Source: Promethearchaeota archaeon (GTDB lineage: Archaea; Asgardarchaeota; Lokiarchaeia; Sigyniarchaeales; SOKP01). From it: a DNA stretch of 64,000 nt. The notes under the pieces were generated by a model, which saw only the letters and a program-made list of their open reading frames with translations, did no database searches and had not been told where the DNA came from. This document shows, piece by piece, positions 10,189 through 19,606 of the stretch. Numbering within the stretch: the stretch's first letter is position 1; every line of letters begins with the position of its first letter. A program made the translations under genes and the position numbers. Where the stretch lies: assembly GCA_016840085.1 (NCBI GenBank), contig JAEOTA010000051.1:1-64000 (forward strand). The letters run 5' to 3'.

Positions 10189-10426
10189 CTCACGTGTTAC
10201 TCGATATATATAGTTTTCTTAAAAATTAATAAATATATATTAGTATTTAACAAATTCATTAAAAAGAAAAGAAGATTTTTAAAATTAATAACTATTTAAA
10301 AACCTAAAATTAATTTTTCTGTTTTCTTTTTAGATTTTTGCCATATTTCCTTAATAAAGCTTAAATGTAAGATTTAGAATTATTGCATAAAATCAAAAAT
10401 AGGACTTAAAAAAAGCCACTCGAAAA

Positions 10427-10957
10427 TTAAGTTCTTCTAATAACTTTAACTAAACCTTTCTTTCTTAACTTATCCATCATTTTTTCTATTTTTTCTATGT
10501 TCTTCTGAGCAATTTCGGCTACTTGTTCAAGGGAATTCATACCATCACAGATCTTTAAAACCATAAATTCCTCTTTTGTAAGCATTCCTAGTTGAACTGC
10601 CATTGGTGGAATCTCTTTTACAACTATGGGAATTCTTACTTCACCTCCAGCTTGAGTAGCTTCTGCAGCAATTTCTTCAGTGCTAAGAGATTCTCCAAAG
10701 AAGGTTTTTACGCCCGTGACGTCGAAACTATCATTTATATATACATAAACAGTATGCTCTTGTCCAGAAACATCATCAGGGTCATCAGGAATAGGATAAG
10801 GATTTGAATGTTTATATTCTTTGGTATATATGCCCATCTTCAATCCATTAATGATTTCTTTCTTGTCAATTCTCAAAGCCACCATATCTTCGCAGATATC
10901 GCACCAAGCCCATGCTTCAATCAAAGAAAAATATTTTTTTACTTTATTCTCTGGCAT
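10427..10957 (-). CDS. Hypothetical protein with N-terminal CxxC and C-terminal winged helix
   Basis: WCDIC; VLKICDGMNSLEQVA...KLRKKGLV. Confidence 0.75.
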   Translation of the reverse strand: MPENKVKKYFSLIEAWAWCDICEDMVALRIDKKEIINGLKMGIYTKEYKHSNPYPIPDDPDDVSGQEHTVYVYINDSFDVTGVKTFFGESLSTEEIAAEATQAGGEVRIPIVVKEIPPMAVQLGMLTKEEFMVLKICDGMNSLEQVAEIAQKNIEKIEKMMDKLRKKGLVKVIRRT

Positions 10958-11201
10958 TGAATTCTTACCTTCCTTATATTTGGAGTAGTTCTTTAAAAAT
11001 ATTCAAATGATATATATACTAATAATATTGTTAATTAATTTAAAATTTGATTTACTTTTTCTTCAATAATAATTAAATTAAATTTATACAGTTAATCATA
11101 TAAAAGTTTTTTAATCAGTTGTATTCTTAAAAACCAAAAATAATTAAAGTTATAATATATTTTAAAATCCAAGTCTTATTAAAGTAATTTCTAACTAATT
11201 C

Positions 11202-11378
11202 ATGAGCTCTTATAAGAAGAACCTTTGTTTTGGATGTGGACGACCTATCGCTCCTTATGAAGCAGCAGTTCATTTTCCTTGTCCTCAGTGCGGAGATGTA
11301 ACTATTTGGAGATGTGAACGTTGTAGACAATCTGGTAATGAATATAAATGTTTAAAATGCGAATTTAAAGGACCTTAG
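11202..11378 (+). CDS. Small double zinc-ribbon protein (DUF1610/HVO_2753-like), 58 aa
   Basis: Not in ORF track; MSSYKKNLCFGC...FPCPQCG...IWRCERCR...YKCLKCEFKGP, four CxxC; usual position upstream of aEF-1beta. Confidence 0.92.
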   Translation: MSSYKKNLCFGCGRPIAPYEAAVHFPCPQCGDVTIWRCERCRQSGNEYKCLKCEFKGP

Positions 11379-11494
11379 ATATAAGTAATTGATAAATTTA
11401 TTATAAATGAATTGGAGCTCATCTTATTGTCTTATTAAAAGATAAATTTTAATAAATACAAAAATTTTATAAAAAAATTAAGAAGGGAATAAAA

Positions 11495-11761
11495 ATGGGA
11501 GAATTCATTGCTTTAATTGATGTTATTCCAGAAGAAACTGATGTAGATTTTGAAGAACTAGTCGGAAAATTAAAAAAAGTGATACCCGATACCTCCACTA
11601 TTGAACGATATGATATATTGCCTGTTGCGTTTGGATTAAAAAAAGCACGAGTTAGAGTGAGATATCCTGAAGAATGGGGTGGTACTGATAAGCTTGAAGA
11701 ATTATTCGGACATGTTAGTGGGATTCAAGGTATTGAAGCTATCGCTTTTTCAAAAGCATAA
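11495..11761 (+). CDS. ef1b: Translation elongation factor aEF-1beta
   Basis: PVAFGLK and GGTDKLEE motifs; synteny with the zinc-ribbon gene. Confidence 0.92.
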   Translation: MGEFIALIDVIPEETDVDFEELVGKLKKVIPDTSTIERYDILPVAFGLKKARVRVRYPEEWGGTDKLEELFGHVSGIQGIEAIAFSKA

Positions 11762-11803
11762 AAATAAAAAATTAGTTCTTAATGTTACAATAATATTTTT
11801 TAT

Positions 11804-13675
11804 CTAACCTGTTCTTTTAAATAATTTATCTAATTCTTTAAAAGAAAAAAATCTTAACGTAGGTCTTCCATGAGCACAATGATAAGAATCTTTACAATTT
11901 GCTAAATCTTGTATTAAGTTTCTTATATCTTTTAAAGTTAGATCATCCCCACCTCTAATGCTTTTATGACAAGCTAAATAATTTATGATTTCCTCCTTTA
12001 CTTCTGAAAAACTTTTTTCTTTACCAATCTTAGTAATGTCGCTAATAATTTCTTTTATAATATTAATACTTGGCAATTTACCCATAATAACAGGAATTCC
12101 TCTTAAAATGAAAGTATTACCTCCGAAAGGTTCAAAATTAAAGCCCAACTTCTTTATTTCAAGTAAATTACTTATTAAAAAGATTTTTTCACTTGGAGAA
12201 ACATCGATTTTTAAAGGAGAAATTAGCTTTTGTATATTGGTTTTAGCACCCTCATAGGATTCTAGAAGTTGTTCTTTTTTAATTCTTTCTGCGGCAGCAT
12301 GCTGGTCTAATATGAATAAACCTTCTTCACTATTCTCATTAATACCCTCTAAAACAACGTAAATTTTATTTCTTAATTGGCCAGTATAAGAAATAAGACG
12401 AATTTTAGGAAAATTTTTTGAAATAATAAATTTTTCTCTTAAATAAGATTCTGTTAAAGCTTTATTTATTTTGTTTCCTTTAATAGCATGATCGAGTAAA
12501 CTTAGTTGGACACCCTCTTCTATTATTTCATTCTCTCTTTCTACATTTTTCTCTTCTATTACTTTGTTTTTGAGTTCTACAGTATTTTCGATAGATCCTT
12601 CCATTAAATCAATATCCTTATCTTTTTTAGGTAAAAATTCTTGTAATTCAGTAGATATATATTTAGCTTCTTTTGCAATAAATTTATCTTCAATAAAATC
12701 TCGAATTACGTTGTAAACCTTATTAAGCAATGCCTCCTCTTTTTCAAATCTGACATGAAGCTTTTTAGGATGAATATTAAAATCTACCATAGAAGGATCA
12801 AGTTCTAAGAAAATGATAAAAAATGGATATTTATTTATCATCAATGTTCCTTCATATGCTTCCTTTATTGTTCTAAACAATACATCACTTACAACATAAC
12901 GACGATTTAAAAATAAACTTGAATAGGTTCTATTTTTTTTTGCAATTTGAGGGTGTCCTAACAAACCATAAATCTTCAATGAAGATTCTTCGTTCGAGTA
13001 ATTAATCTGTTCCATTAACTTAGCAGCTTGCTTTCCATATATATGAAATACAGTTGTTCTTAGATCATTATTAGCTGGACAATTTAAGATATCTAATTCA
13101 TTATGACGATAAATGAAGTGAAGTTCTGGAAACGCTAAAGAATATCTTTGTACAATATCTGTAATATGACCTAATTCTGTCGAATCTTTCTTAAGAAATT
13201 TCTGTCTTGCAGGAATGTTATAAAATACATTTTTAACTTTAATATGTGTTCCAACAGGACAGGCTACTTCTTTTTTAGATATTATTCTGCTTCCTTCAAT
13301 GACTAAACGCATACCCCTTTCATTTTCAGCTATTCTTGAAGTTATCTCAACTTGACTTACCGCACAAATACTAGCAAGGGCTTCACCTCTAAATCCTAAA
13401 GTAGAAAGCTCATCTAAATCTTCAATACTCCTTATTTTACTGCTTGTATGTCTTTTAAAGGCAATCTCTATATCTTCAGAGGGGATACCAAATCCATTAT
13501 CAATAACTTGAACTAATGATTTTCCTGCTTTTTTAACAACAATTTTAATTTCTTTAGCTTCCGCATCAACACTATTTTCTATAAGTTCTTTTACGACATT
13601 AGAAGGTCGTTCGACTACTTCACCGGCAGCTATTTTTTCAGCTTCTAAGATTTTTTTAATTTTTCTAATTTTCAC
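11804..13675 (-). CDS. mutL: DNA mismatch repair endonuclease MutL
   Basis: IAAGEVVERP, GFRGEAL, DQHAAAERIKKE, ACHK, CAHGRP. Confidence 0.96.
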   Translation of the reverse strand: MKIRKIKKILEAEKIAAGEVVERPSNVVKELIENSVDAEAKEIKIVVKKAGKSLVQVIDNGFGIPSEDIEIAFKRHTSSKIRSIEDLDELSTLGFRGEALASICAVSQVEITSRIAENERGMRLVIEGSRIISKKEVACPVGTHIKVKNVFYNIPARQKFLKKDSTELGHITDIVQRYSLAFPELHFIYRHNELDILNCPANNDLRTTVFHIYGKQAAKLMEQINYSNEESSLKIYGLLGHPQIAKKNRTYSSLFLNRRYVVSDVLFRTIKEAYEGTLMINKYPFFIIFLELDPSMVDFNIHPKKLHVRFEKEEALLNKVYNVIRDFIEDKFIAKEAKYISTELQEFLPKKDKDIDLMEGSIENTVELKNKVIEEKNVERENEIIEEGVQLSLLDHAIKGNKINKALTESYLREKFIISKNFPKIRLISYTGQLRNKIYVVLEGINENSEEGLFILDQHAAAERIKKEQLLESYEGAKTNIQKLISPLKIDVSPSEKIFLISNLLEIKKLGFNFEPFGGNTFILRGIPVIMGKLPSINIIKEIISDITKIGKEKSFSEVKEEIINYLACHKSIRGGDDLTLKDIRNLIQDLANCKDSYHCAHGRPTLRFFSFKELDKLFKRTG

Positions 13676-13840
13676 ATCAGGATCAATTTTTTTTTAGTCT
13701 TTTACAATGAAATGATAATTCTATTTAGTTAATATATTTCACATTATTACCAAATTTAAAATAATACTCTATTAAGGTTTAAATAAACTAACAAATATAA
13801 GTAAGGCTTTTAAATCTCATTTAATATATAATAACTATTT

Positions 13841-14770
13841 ATGCTAGAACAAAAACAAGAGAATCAGAAAGAATATCCAATTCACAAATATTTCATCTAT
13901 ATATTCATAATAATTACTGTTTCCCTTATTATTTTGAGAATATTCTTATATTTTTTTGATATCTTACCTTGGATAAAAGCAACAAAAGATATTGATTTTA
14001 AAATCCTTTTAGAAGGCATGGAGAATGGCTTGATTAATTTTTATGATGATATTACAATTTCAGACTGGCCTCCTTATTATCTTTATTTCTGGTATTTTCT
14101 ATTTTTCCCTATATATATTCTCCCTTTTAATGTTTATATTGGTGTTTATGTTTGGGATGTCTTGCGATTGATATTAGCGATAATAGTAATTAAAGAATCA
14201 CCAAAAATGTTTAAAAACAAAAAAGATTTGCTTATTTTTTACATTTTTAGCACTGTAGGCTATAGTATTGATGCATATTATAATAATGTCAACTTCTTAA
14301 TCGTGTTTTTCTTATTTTATTCACTTGTTTTTTTGGAACAAGATAAAAAATGGATTTCAGGTATTCTCTTTACTCTTGCTACATTTAAAATTACAGCAAT
14401 AGTGTTCCTTCCCGTCTTATTAATTGCTAAAAAAATAAAATGGAAAGATCTCCTTTATTTTTTAATTCCCTTCATAATCATTTGCATTCCATATATGATC
14501 TTTCCTGATTATTTCTTTCAAATGGTGACAAATTGGGGTCATAGTGATGCTGAAATCAGAGGGATTCTATTCAATTTTGATTCAATTCTCTGGAAAGCTT
14601 TACAACCGTCTCATTTAATGTTTATTAGTTTATTATTGATAATATTTTTAGAAAATATAAAAGATGAGAAAAGAAAAAATGTTTACAGGATTATATTAGT
14701 GTCGATAATTACAATTTATTATATCTATTTAACAATAATAGTATTTATAATTCCTGTTATCTTTGGTTAG
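13841..14770 (+). CDS. Polytopic membrane protein, GT87/DUF2029-like glycosyltransferase
   Basis: Many TM helices; DFKI, YYLYFWYFLFFP, NNVN and FKI pattern of GT-C fold proteins. Confidence 0.6.
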   Translation: MLEQKQENQKEYPIHKYFIYIFIIITVSLIILRIFLYFFDILPWIKATKDIDFKILLEGMENGLINFYDDITISDWPPYYLYFWYFLFFPIYILPFNVYIGVYVWDVLRLILAIIVIKESPKMFKNKKDLLIFYIFSTVGYSIDAYYNNVNFLIVFFLFYSLVFLEQDKKWISGILFTLATFKITAIVFLPVLLIAKKIKWKDLLYFLIPFIIICIPYMIFPDYFFQMVTNWGHSDAEIRGILFNFDSILWKALQPSHLMFISLLLIIFLENIKDEKRKNVYRIILVSIITIYYIYLTIIVFIIPVIFG

Positions 14771-17625
14771 TCGAGTTTTTCTATTTTTTTTTTGAGTTCT
14801 GTTAATTGTCCTTTTAATTTATCCGGAATGTCTGATTCAATATCAATTTCTTTAATAGAATTAAGTAAATCCAATATTTCTTTTTTATTGCTTATTGGTT
14901 CAAATAAGCTTGTTTGTACATAACGTTTCTTTTTCTCAGTTTTTTTTTTGGAAAGTTTGGATCTATTAACTTCGAGCTCTTCAATTTCATTCTTTTTTCT
15001 CTCTAATTCTTTTTGATTTCTACTTAAATCTTCAATACATTCACTTAAGGAATCCTTTATATTGTTAATTTCCTCATTTAATTTATCAAGTTCAACTTTT
15101 TTTTCATTGATAATTTTATCATAATATTTACCTGATGAGGCTATTTCCCCATGTTCTTTAACCGCAGTTATAAAAGGATCTTTTTCTTCTCTTTGTTCGA
15201 GAATTTCAAAAGCTCTTATTATCACATCATCAGGGATCCCTGCTAATTTCGCAACATGGATTCCATAGGACTTATCTGTACTTCCCGGTTTCAATGTTCT
15301 AACAAAGTTTATACTCCCATCATTATTTTCAATAATATCTAAATGAAAATTTCTTACTCTTGGTAATGTAATTTCTGTTAATTGATGATAATGTGTACTA
15401 AATAAAGTCTTAATTTTTAACCCATGTAGCTTTTCAAGACTAGCCATTGCTATACTTTGACCATCACTCGTGCTTGTTCCTCTTCCTAATTCATCTATTA
15501 TAACAAGACTTTTTGGTGTGGCGTAGTTTAAAATTTTTGCTGTTTCTGTCATTTCAATCATGAAAGTGCTTAATTTTCTCGCAAGATCATCTGAGGCTCC
15601 AATTCGCGTAAAAATCTGATCAATCACACCTATTGTGGCAGATTTTGCGGGAACAAAACATCCCATTTGCGCAATAATACAAATTAAAGCAACCTGCCTT
15701 AAAAAAGTACTTTTCCCTGCCATGTTTGGGCCAGTAATTATTAATATCTGGTCAGTATCATTATCTAAATAACAGTCATTAGGAATGAATTGTTCATCCA
15801 AGTTTATTTGCTCAATTACGGGATGCCTTCCATCTTTAATTATGATTTTGTCTTTATTATTAATGAGAGGTCGACAATAGTTATATTTTTCAGCAATTTC
15901 AGCAAAACATGTGAGAACATCGATAATAGCAATATTTTTAGCAGTTTTAAGGATACTTTCAGTTTCTTTCTCAACTTTTTCACGAATAGTGTTGAAAATC
16001 TCATATTCTAGATCATTAATTTTTTCTTCTGCATTTACTATTTTCTCTTCAAGTTCTTTTAGTCGATTCGTAGTGTATCTTTTAGCATTTTTAAGAGTTG
16101 CTCTTTCAATATATTCTTCAGGAATAGTCTTTATGTTTTTAAGTGTTCTTAAAGTTATTTCAATATAATAACCAAGGATATTATTAAACCCAACTTTTAA
16201 TCCTGAAGTCAAATTCCACTTCTTCTTCTGTTCTTGTTCATATGCTAATACATATTTTTTCCCATTATGAATTATATCCCTAAGCTCATCTACTTGATTA
16301 TTAAAACCATCTTTAATAATATTTCCTTCCATAATAGTAATCGGGGGATTATCCTTTATTGAGATATTAATTAGATCCTTTATTTCATTGAAAGGTTTAA
16401 TTTTTTCAATGAATTGTGAAATTTCTGGAATATCTGCCTTTTCTAATAATTCCTTGATAATTGGAACTTTTTCTAAAGAGTTTTTGATGTTTATCAAATC
16501 TCTAGCATTCGTGCGACCTGCAAAATTAATCCTATTGATAAATCTTTCAAGATCGCCAATAACTCCTAACTCTTCCCTTAGATCAGATCTTAAAAAGATA
16601 TCATCCTTAAATTTTTGCACAATATTTAATCTTTGATTAATTTCCTCAATATCCGTTAGAGGTTGGAGAATAAACTTTTTCAATAAACGAGCTCCCATTG
16701 GGGTTCGTGTATGGTTAAAAATGGAATATAATGTAGCATCTTTTCCTCTATCCCATAAAGAATTAATTAGTTCTAAATTCCTTTGTGTGATATAATCCAA
16801 GTGTAGTATGTTTTTTTCTTGTATAAGATTAATTTTAAAAATGTTTGGCACTACATCTCTTTGTGTTTCTTTTAAAAATGCTAATAGCCCTCCAGCTGCT
16901 TGAACGGCCATTTCTTTATCTTCTAAACCAAAACTTTTTAAATTTGAAATTTTGAAATGACGAGAAATTAAGGCGTGAGCTTCCTCATATAAAAAGACAT
17001 GTTCTTCGTAGGATTTAATGATTGCTTTTGTTAAATCTGTTAATATTATAAAAAATCTCTCATCTTTTTTCAGTTCAGGAGGAATAATAAGTTCTACGGG
17101 ATCATATTGAGAAAATAGACTAAGTAATTTTTCTTGTGGATCTTGTTCTTTATAAGAAAATTCAGTTGCTACAAATTCTGCGGTTGATATATCTGCGAAA
17201 GCAACACCAAAACCGATTCTCTCTTTTACCATAGCAGCAATGTAATTATTCTTATTGGATTGTAATAAGTTTGGTTCTATAATTGTTCCTGGTGAAAGTA
17301 TTCGAGTGACTCCTCTTTTCACAATTCTTCCCTTTACTGTTGATGGATCTTCTAATTGATCTACTATAACTAAAGTCTCACCGAGGTTCATAAGATTGTT
17401 AAAATAATTATGACCACTATGGTGTGGAATCCCTGCTAAAGGAACATCTCCTCTTTTTGTTAGCGTTAATCCTAATAGTTTTGATATTCTTTCTGCATCA
17501 TCATAGAAAAATTCATAAAAATCTCCCATTCGGTAAGCAATGAGATTCTCTGGAGGAAATCCTTTACGAATAGAATACCAATGTCTCAACATAGGAGTCA
17601 GTTTCTTTGGGTCTATGTCCTCCAT
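14767..17625 (-). CDS. mutS: DNA mismatch repair protein MutS (MutS1) with C-terminal coiled coil
   Basis: TPM, RMGDFYEFF, TGPNMAGKST, DELGRGT, STHYH, SYGIHVA. Confidence 0.96.
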   Translation of the reverse strand: MEDIDPKKLTPMLRHWYSIRKGFPPENLIAYRMGDFYEFFYDDAERISKLLGLTLTKRGDVPLAGIPHHSGHNYFNNLMNLGETLVIVDQLEDPSTVKGRIVKRGVTRILSPGTIIEPNLLQSNKNNYIAAMVKERIGFGVAFADISTAEFVATEFSYKEQDPQEKLLSLFSQYDPVELIIPPELKKDERFFIILTDLTKAIIKSYEEHVFLYEEAHALISRHFKISNLKSFGLEDKEMAVQAAGGLLAFLKETQRDVVPNIFKINLIQEKNILHLDYITQRNLELINSLWDRGKDATLYSIFNHTRTPMGARLLKKFILQPLTDIEEINQRLNIVQKFKDDIFLRSDLREELGVIGDLERFINRINFAGRTNARDLINIKNSLEKVPIIKELLEKADIPEISQFIEKIKPFNEIKDLINISIKDNPPITIMEGNIIKDGFNNQVDELRDIIHNGKKYVLAYEQEQKKKWNLTSGLKVGFNNILGYYIEITLRTLKNIKTIPEEYIERATLKNAKRYTTNRLKELEEKIVNAEEKINDLEYEIFNTIREKVEKETESILKTAKNIAIIDVLTCFAEIAEKYNYCRPLINNKDKIIIKDGRHPVIEQINLDEQFIPNDCYLDNDTDQILIITGPNMAGKSTFLRQVALICIIAQMGCFVPAKSATIGVIDQIFTRIGASDDLARKLSTFMIEMTETAKILNYATPKSLVIIDELGRGTSTSDGQSIAMASLEKLHGLKIKTLFSTHYHQLTEITLPRVRNFHLDIIENNDGSINFVRTLKPGSTDKSYGIHVAKLAGIPDDVIIRAFEILEQREEKDPFITAVKEHGEIASSGKYYDKIINEKKVELDKLNEEINNIKDSLSECIEDLSRNQKELERKKNEIEELEVNRSKLSKKKTEKKKRYVQTSLFEPISNKKEILDLLNSIKEIDIESDIPDKLKGQLTELKKKIEKLD

Positions 17626-18003
17626 AATCTACTCATTTGAAAGTTAAGTAAAATTAATACTCAGTATAATCTATTATAGCAGTAATTTAATATTAATTAT
17701 ATTTGTTAATTTTTTAATAACAATTATATAGAAGACAGAAAGGTTTTTTATTATTTTTAAGAGCCTACTAAAATACTAAGAAATAAAAAAAATAAGGATT
17801 AATAAGAATAAAATTTCAAAACTTGTTTAATATCTCGCTTTATCATTTTTTTAAGTGATCTAAACTTTTTTATTAATTATTCACGAACATATCTCATCTT
17901 ATAAACTTCAAATAGTAATTCTAATTGTTCAAATCACTCCTCTCAAAAAGTAGGTTTATTTTTATTATTATTATTCTTAAAAATTTTTTTAAAATAAAAA
18001 ACA

Positions 18004-18010
18004 TATAAAT
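18004..18010 (+). promoter_or_regulatory. Candidate TATA box for the trp leader transcript
   Basis: TATAAAT preceded by an A-rich run, about 50 nt upstream of the leader ATG; weak evidence in AT-rich DNA. Confidence 0.35.
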
Positions 18011-18057
18011 AGTAGGAATCCTTATTTTCTCAATATATTTGAAATATGGTTTAAAAA

Positions 18058-18111
18058 ATGGCAACTGAAAAAATTATTCTCTTCCGTTGGCAGTGGCTTT
18101 GGCGCGCATAA
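18058..18111 (+). CDS. trpL: Putative trp operon leader peptide MATEKIILFRWQWLWRA (17 aa)
   Basis: Three TGG codons within five codons (18088, 18094, 18100); same strand as and upstream of trpD; overlapping hairpin. Confidence 0.8.
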   Translation: MATEKIILFRWQWLWRA

Positions 18112-18128
18112 GAACGCGCTTCACATTG
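18091..18128 (+). promoter_or_regulatory. Hairpin overlapping the leader Trp codons and stop
   Basis: GCGCG 18102-18106 pairs with CGCGC 18115-18119; CAGUG 18091-18095 pairs with CAUUG 18124-18128. Confidence 0.6.
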
Positions 18129-18544
18129 GTTAAATCATATTTTATTGCTTACATTCTTGAATACTTTTATTCTCCTTTCTGAAAGCATGAAATTTATTTT
18201 CTACATGTGCTTTATTATATTGAATTCGAATATAGTAAAGTTACACATCTATAATGTGTTAATAAAACTGAGTAAAATGGTAAAAGGAAGCAGAAAAATA
18301 TTGGAAGAAAAAAAGATTGATTAAAATTTGGATGAAATGAGTCATTATCATAAAAATATATTATACACTTTTAATAAAGAAACTATCTCCAATGAAGAGA
18401 TATTCAATAAAATTATTTGCTTAATCAATAAAAAAAACTTTTGCATGTTAGGACCCGAGAAAAATAAAACTGCTAGGTTTATTGTTTAAAATTATGTAGA
18501 AGTGTTTAAAATTATTAATAAAAATTTAAAGAGTTTGGATTAAA

Positions 18545-19600
18545 ATGTCAGAAGAAAACATAATTAAAGGATTAAAGAAAATTGTCGGAAAAGTTAATTT
18601 ATCAACAAATGAAGCAGAAAATATTATGAGAGAGATAATGAGCGGAAAAGTACATGATTCCCAATTAGGAGCATTTTTAACAGCCTTAAATATGAAAGGT
18701 GAATCTATAGAAGAGATCACGGGTTTTGCTCGAATCATGCGGGAATTCGCAAATCGAATTGAACCGCATTTAGAAGGAGAATTATTAGATACATGTGGTA
18801 CTGGAGGTGATAAAGTAAAAACTTTTAATATAAGTACGATCTCAGCTTTAGTTGTGGCAGGTGCAGGAGTTGCTGTGGCAAAACACGGAAATAGAGCAGT
18901 TACAAGTAAATGTGGTAGTGCAGATTTATTAGAAGGATTAGGTGTAAAAATTGACTTACCCCCTGAAGAAGTTAAGAAATGTATAGAACAAGTAGGTATT
19001 GGTTTCATGTTTGCGCCTTTATTTCACCCGGCGATGAAATATGCCATGCCAACAAGAAGAGCACTGAAATTTCGAACAGTATTTAATATTCTTGGACCAT
19101 TAACGAACCCCGCTAATGCAAAATGTCATGTCTTAGGTGTCTTTCAAAAAGATTTGGCTCCGGTTATGGCGAAAGTTCTAAATGGATTAGAAGCAAAACA
19201 TGTCTATACAGTATATAATTCATGCGGAATTGATGAGGTCGCACCAGTTGGAATAAATTACATTACAGAAGTTAATAATGGAAGTGTTGAATCCTATGCT
19301 CTAACTAATCAAGATTTTGGAATCCCTGAATGCTCCATTAATGATATACTTGCAGGAAATTTAGAAGAAAACCTGAAAATTGCTATAAGTATTCTAAAGG
19401 GTAATTTTAAAGATGCAAAATACCATACTGTCTTAATGAATGCGGCATTAGCTTTAAACAGCGTAAATAAAGCTAATAGCATTAAAGAGGGTATAGAAAT
19501 AGCAAAAAATTCAATAGAATCTGGGAATGCTTTTAAGAATCTTGAACAATTTATTGAAGTTTCTGGTGGAAATAACGAAAAATTGAATAGCTTATTATAA
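18545..19600 (+). CDS. trpD: Anthranilate phosphoribosyltransferase
   Basis: DTCGTGGD, FNIST, KHGNRAVTSKCGSAD, RTVFNILGPLTNP. Confidence 0.97.
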   Translation: MSEENIIKGLKKIVGKVNLSTNEAENIMREIMSGKVHDSQLGAFLTALNMKGESIEEITGFARIMREFANRIEPHLEGELLDTCGTGGDKVKTFNISTISALVVAGAGVAVAKHGNRAVTSKCGSADLLEGLGVKIDLPPEEVKKCIEQVGIGFMFAPLFHPAMKYAMPTRRALKFRTVFNILGPLTNPANAKCHVLGVFQKDLAPVMAKVLNGLEAKHVYTVYNSCGIDEVAPVGINYITEVNNGSVESYALTNQDFGIPECSINDILAGNLEENLKIAISILKGNFKDAKYHTVLMNAALALNSVNKANSIKEGIEIAKNSIESGNAFKNLEQFIEVSGGNNEKLNSLL

Positions 19601-19606
19601 ATCAAA

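Noticed and set aside
11127-11330. 67-aa minus-strand ORF
   Set aside because: It is the shadow of the real plus-strand zinc-ribbon gene at 11202-11378
17876-17945. SD-like GAGGAGTGA with a short minus-strand frame upstream of mutS
   Set aside because: Frames with a start codon close within a few codons, and the longer frame has no upstream start
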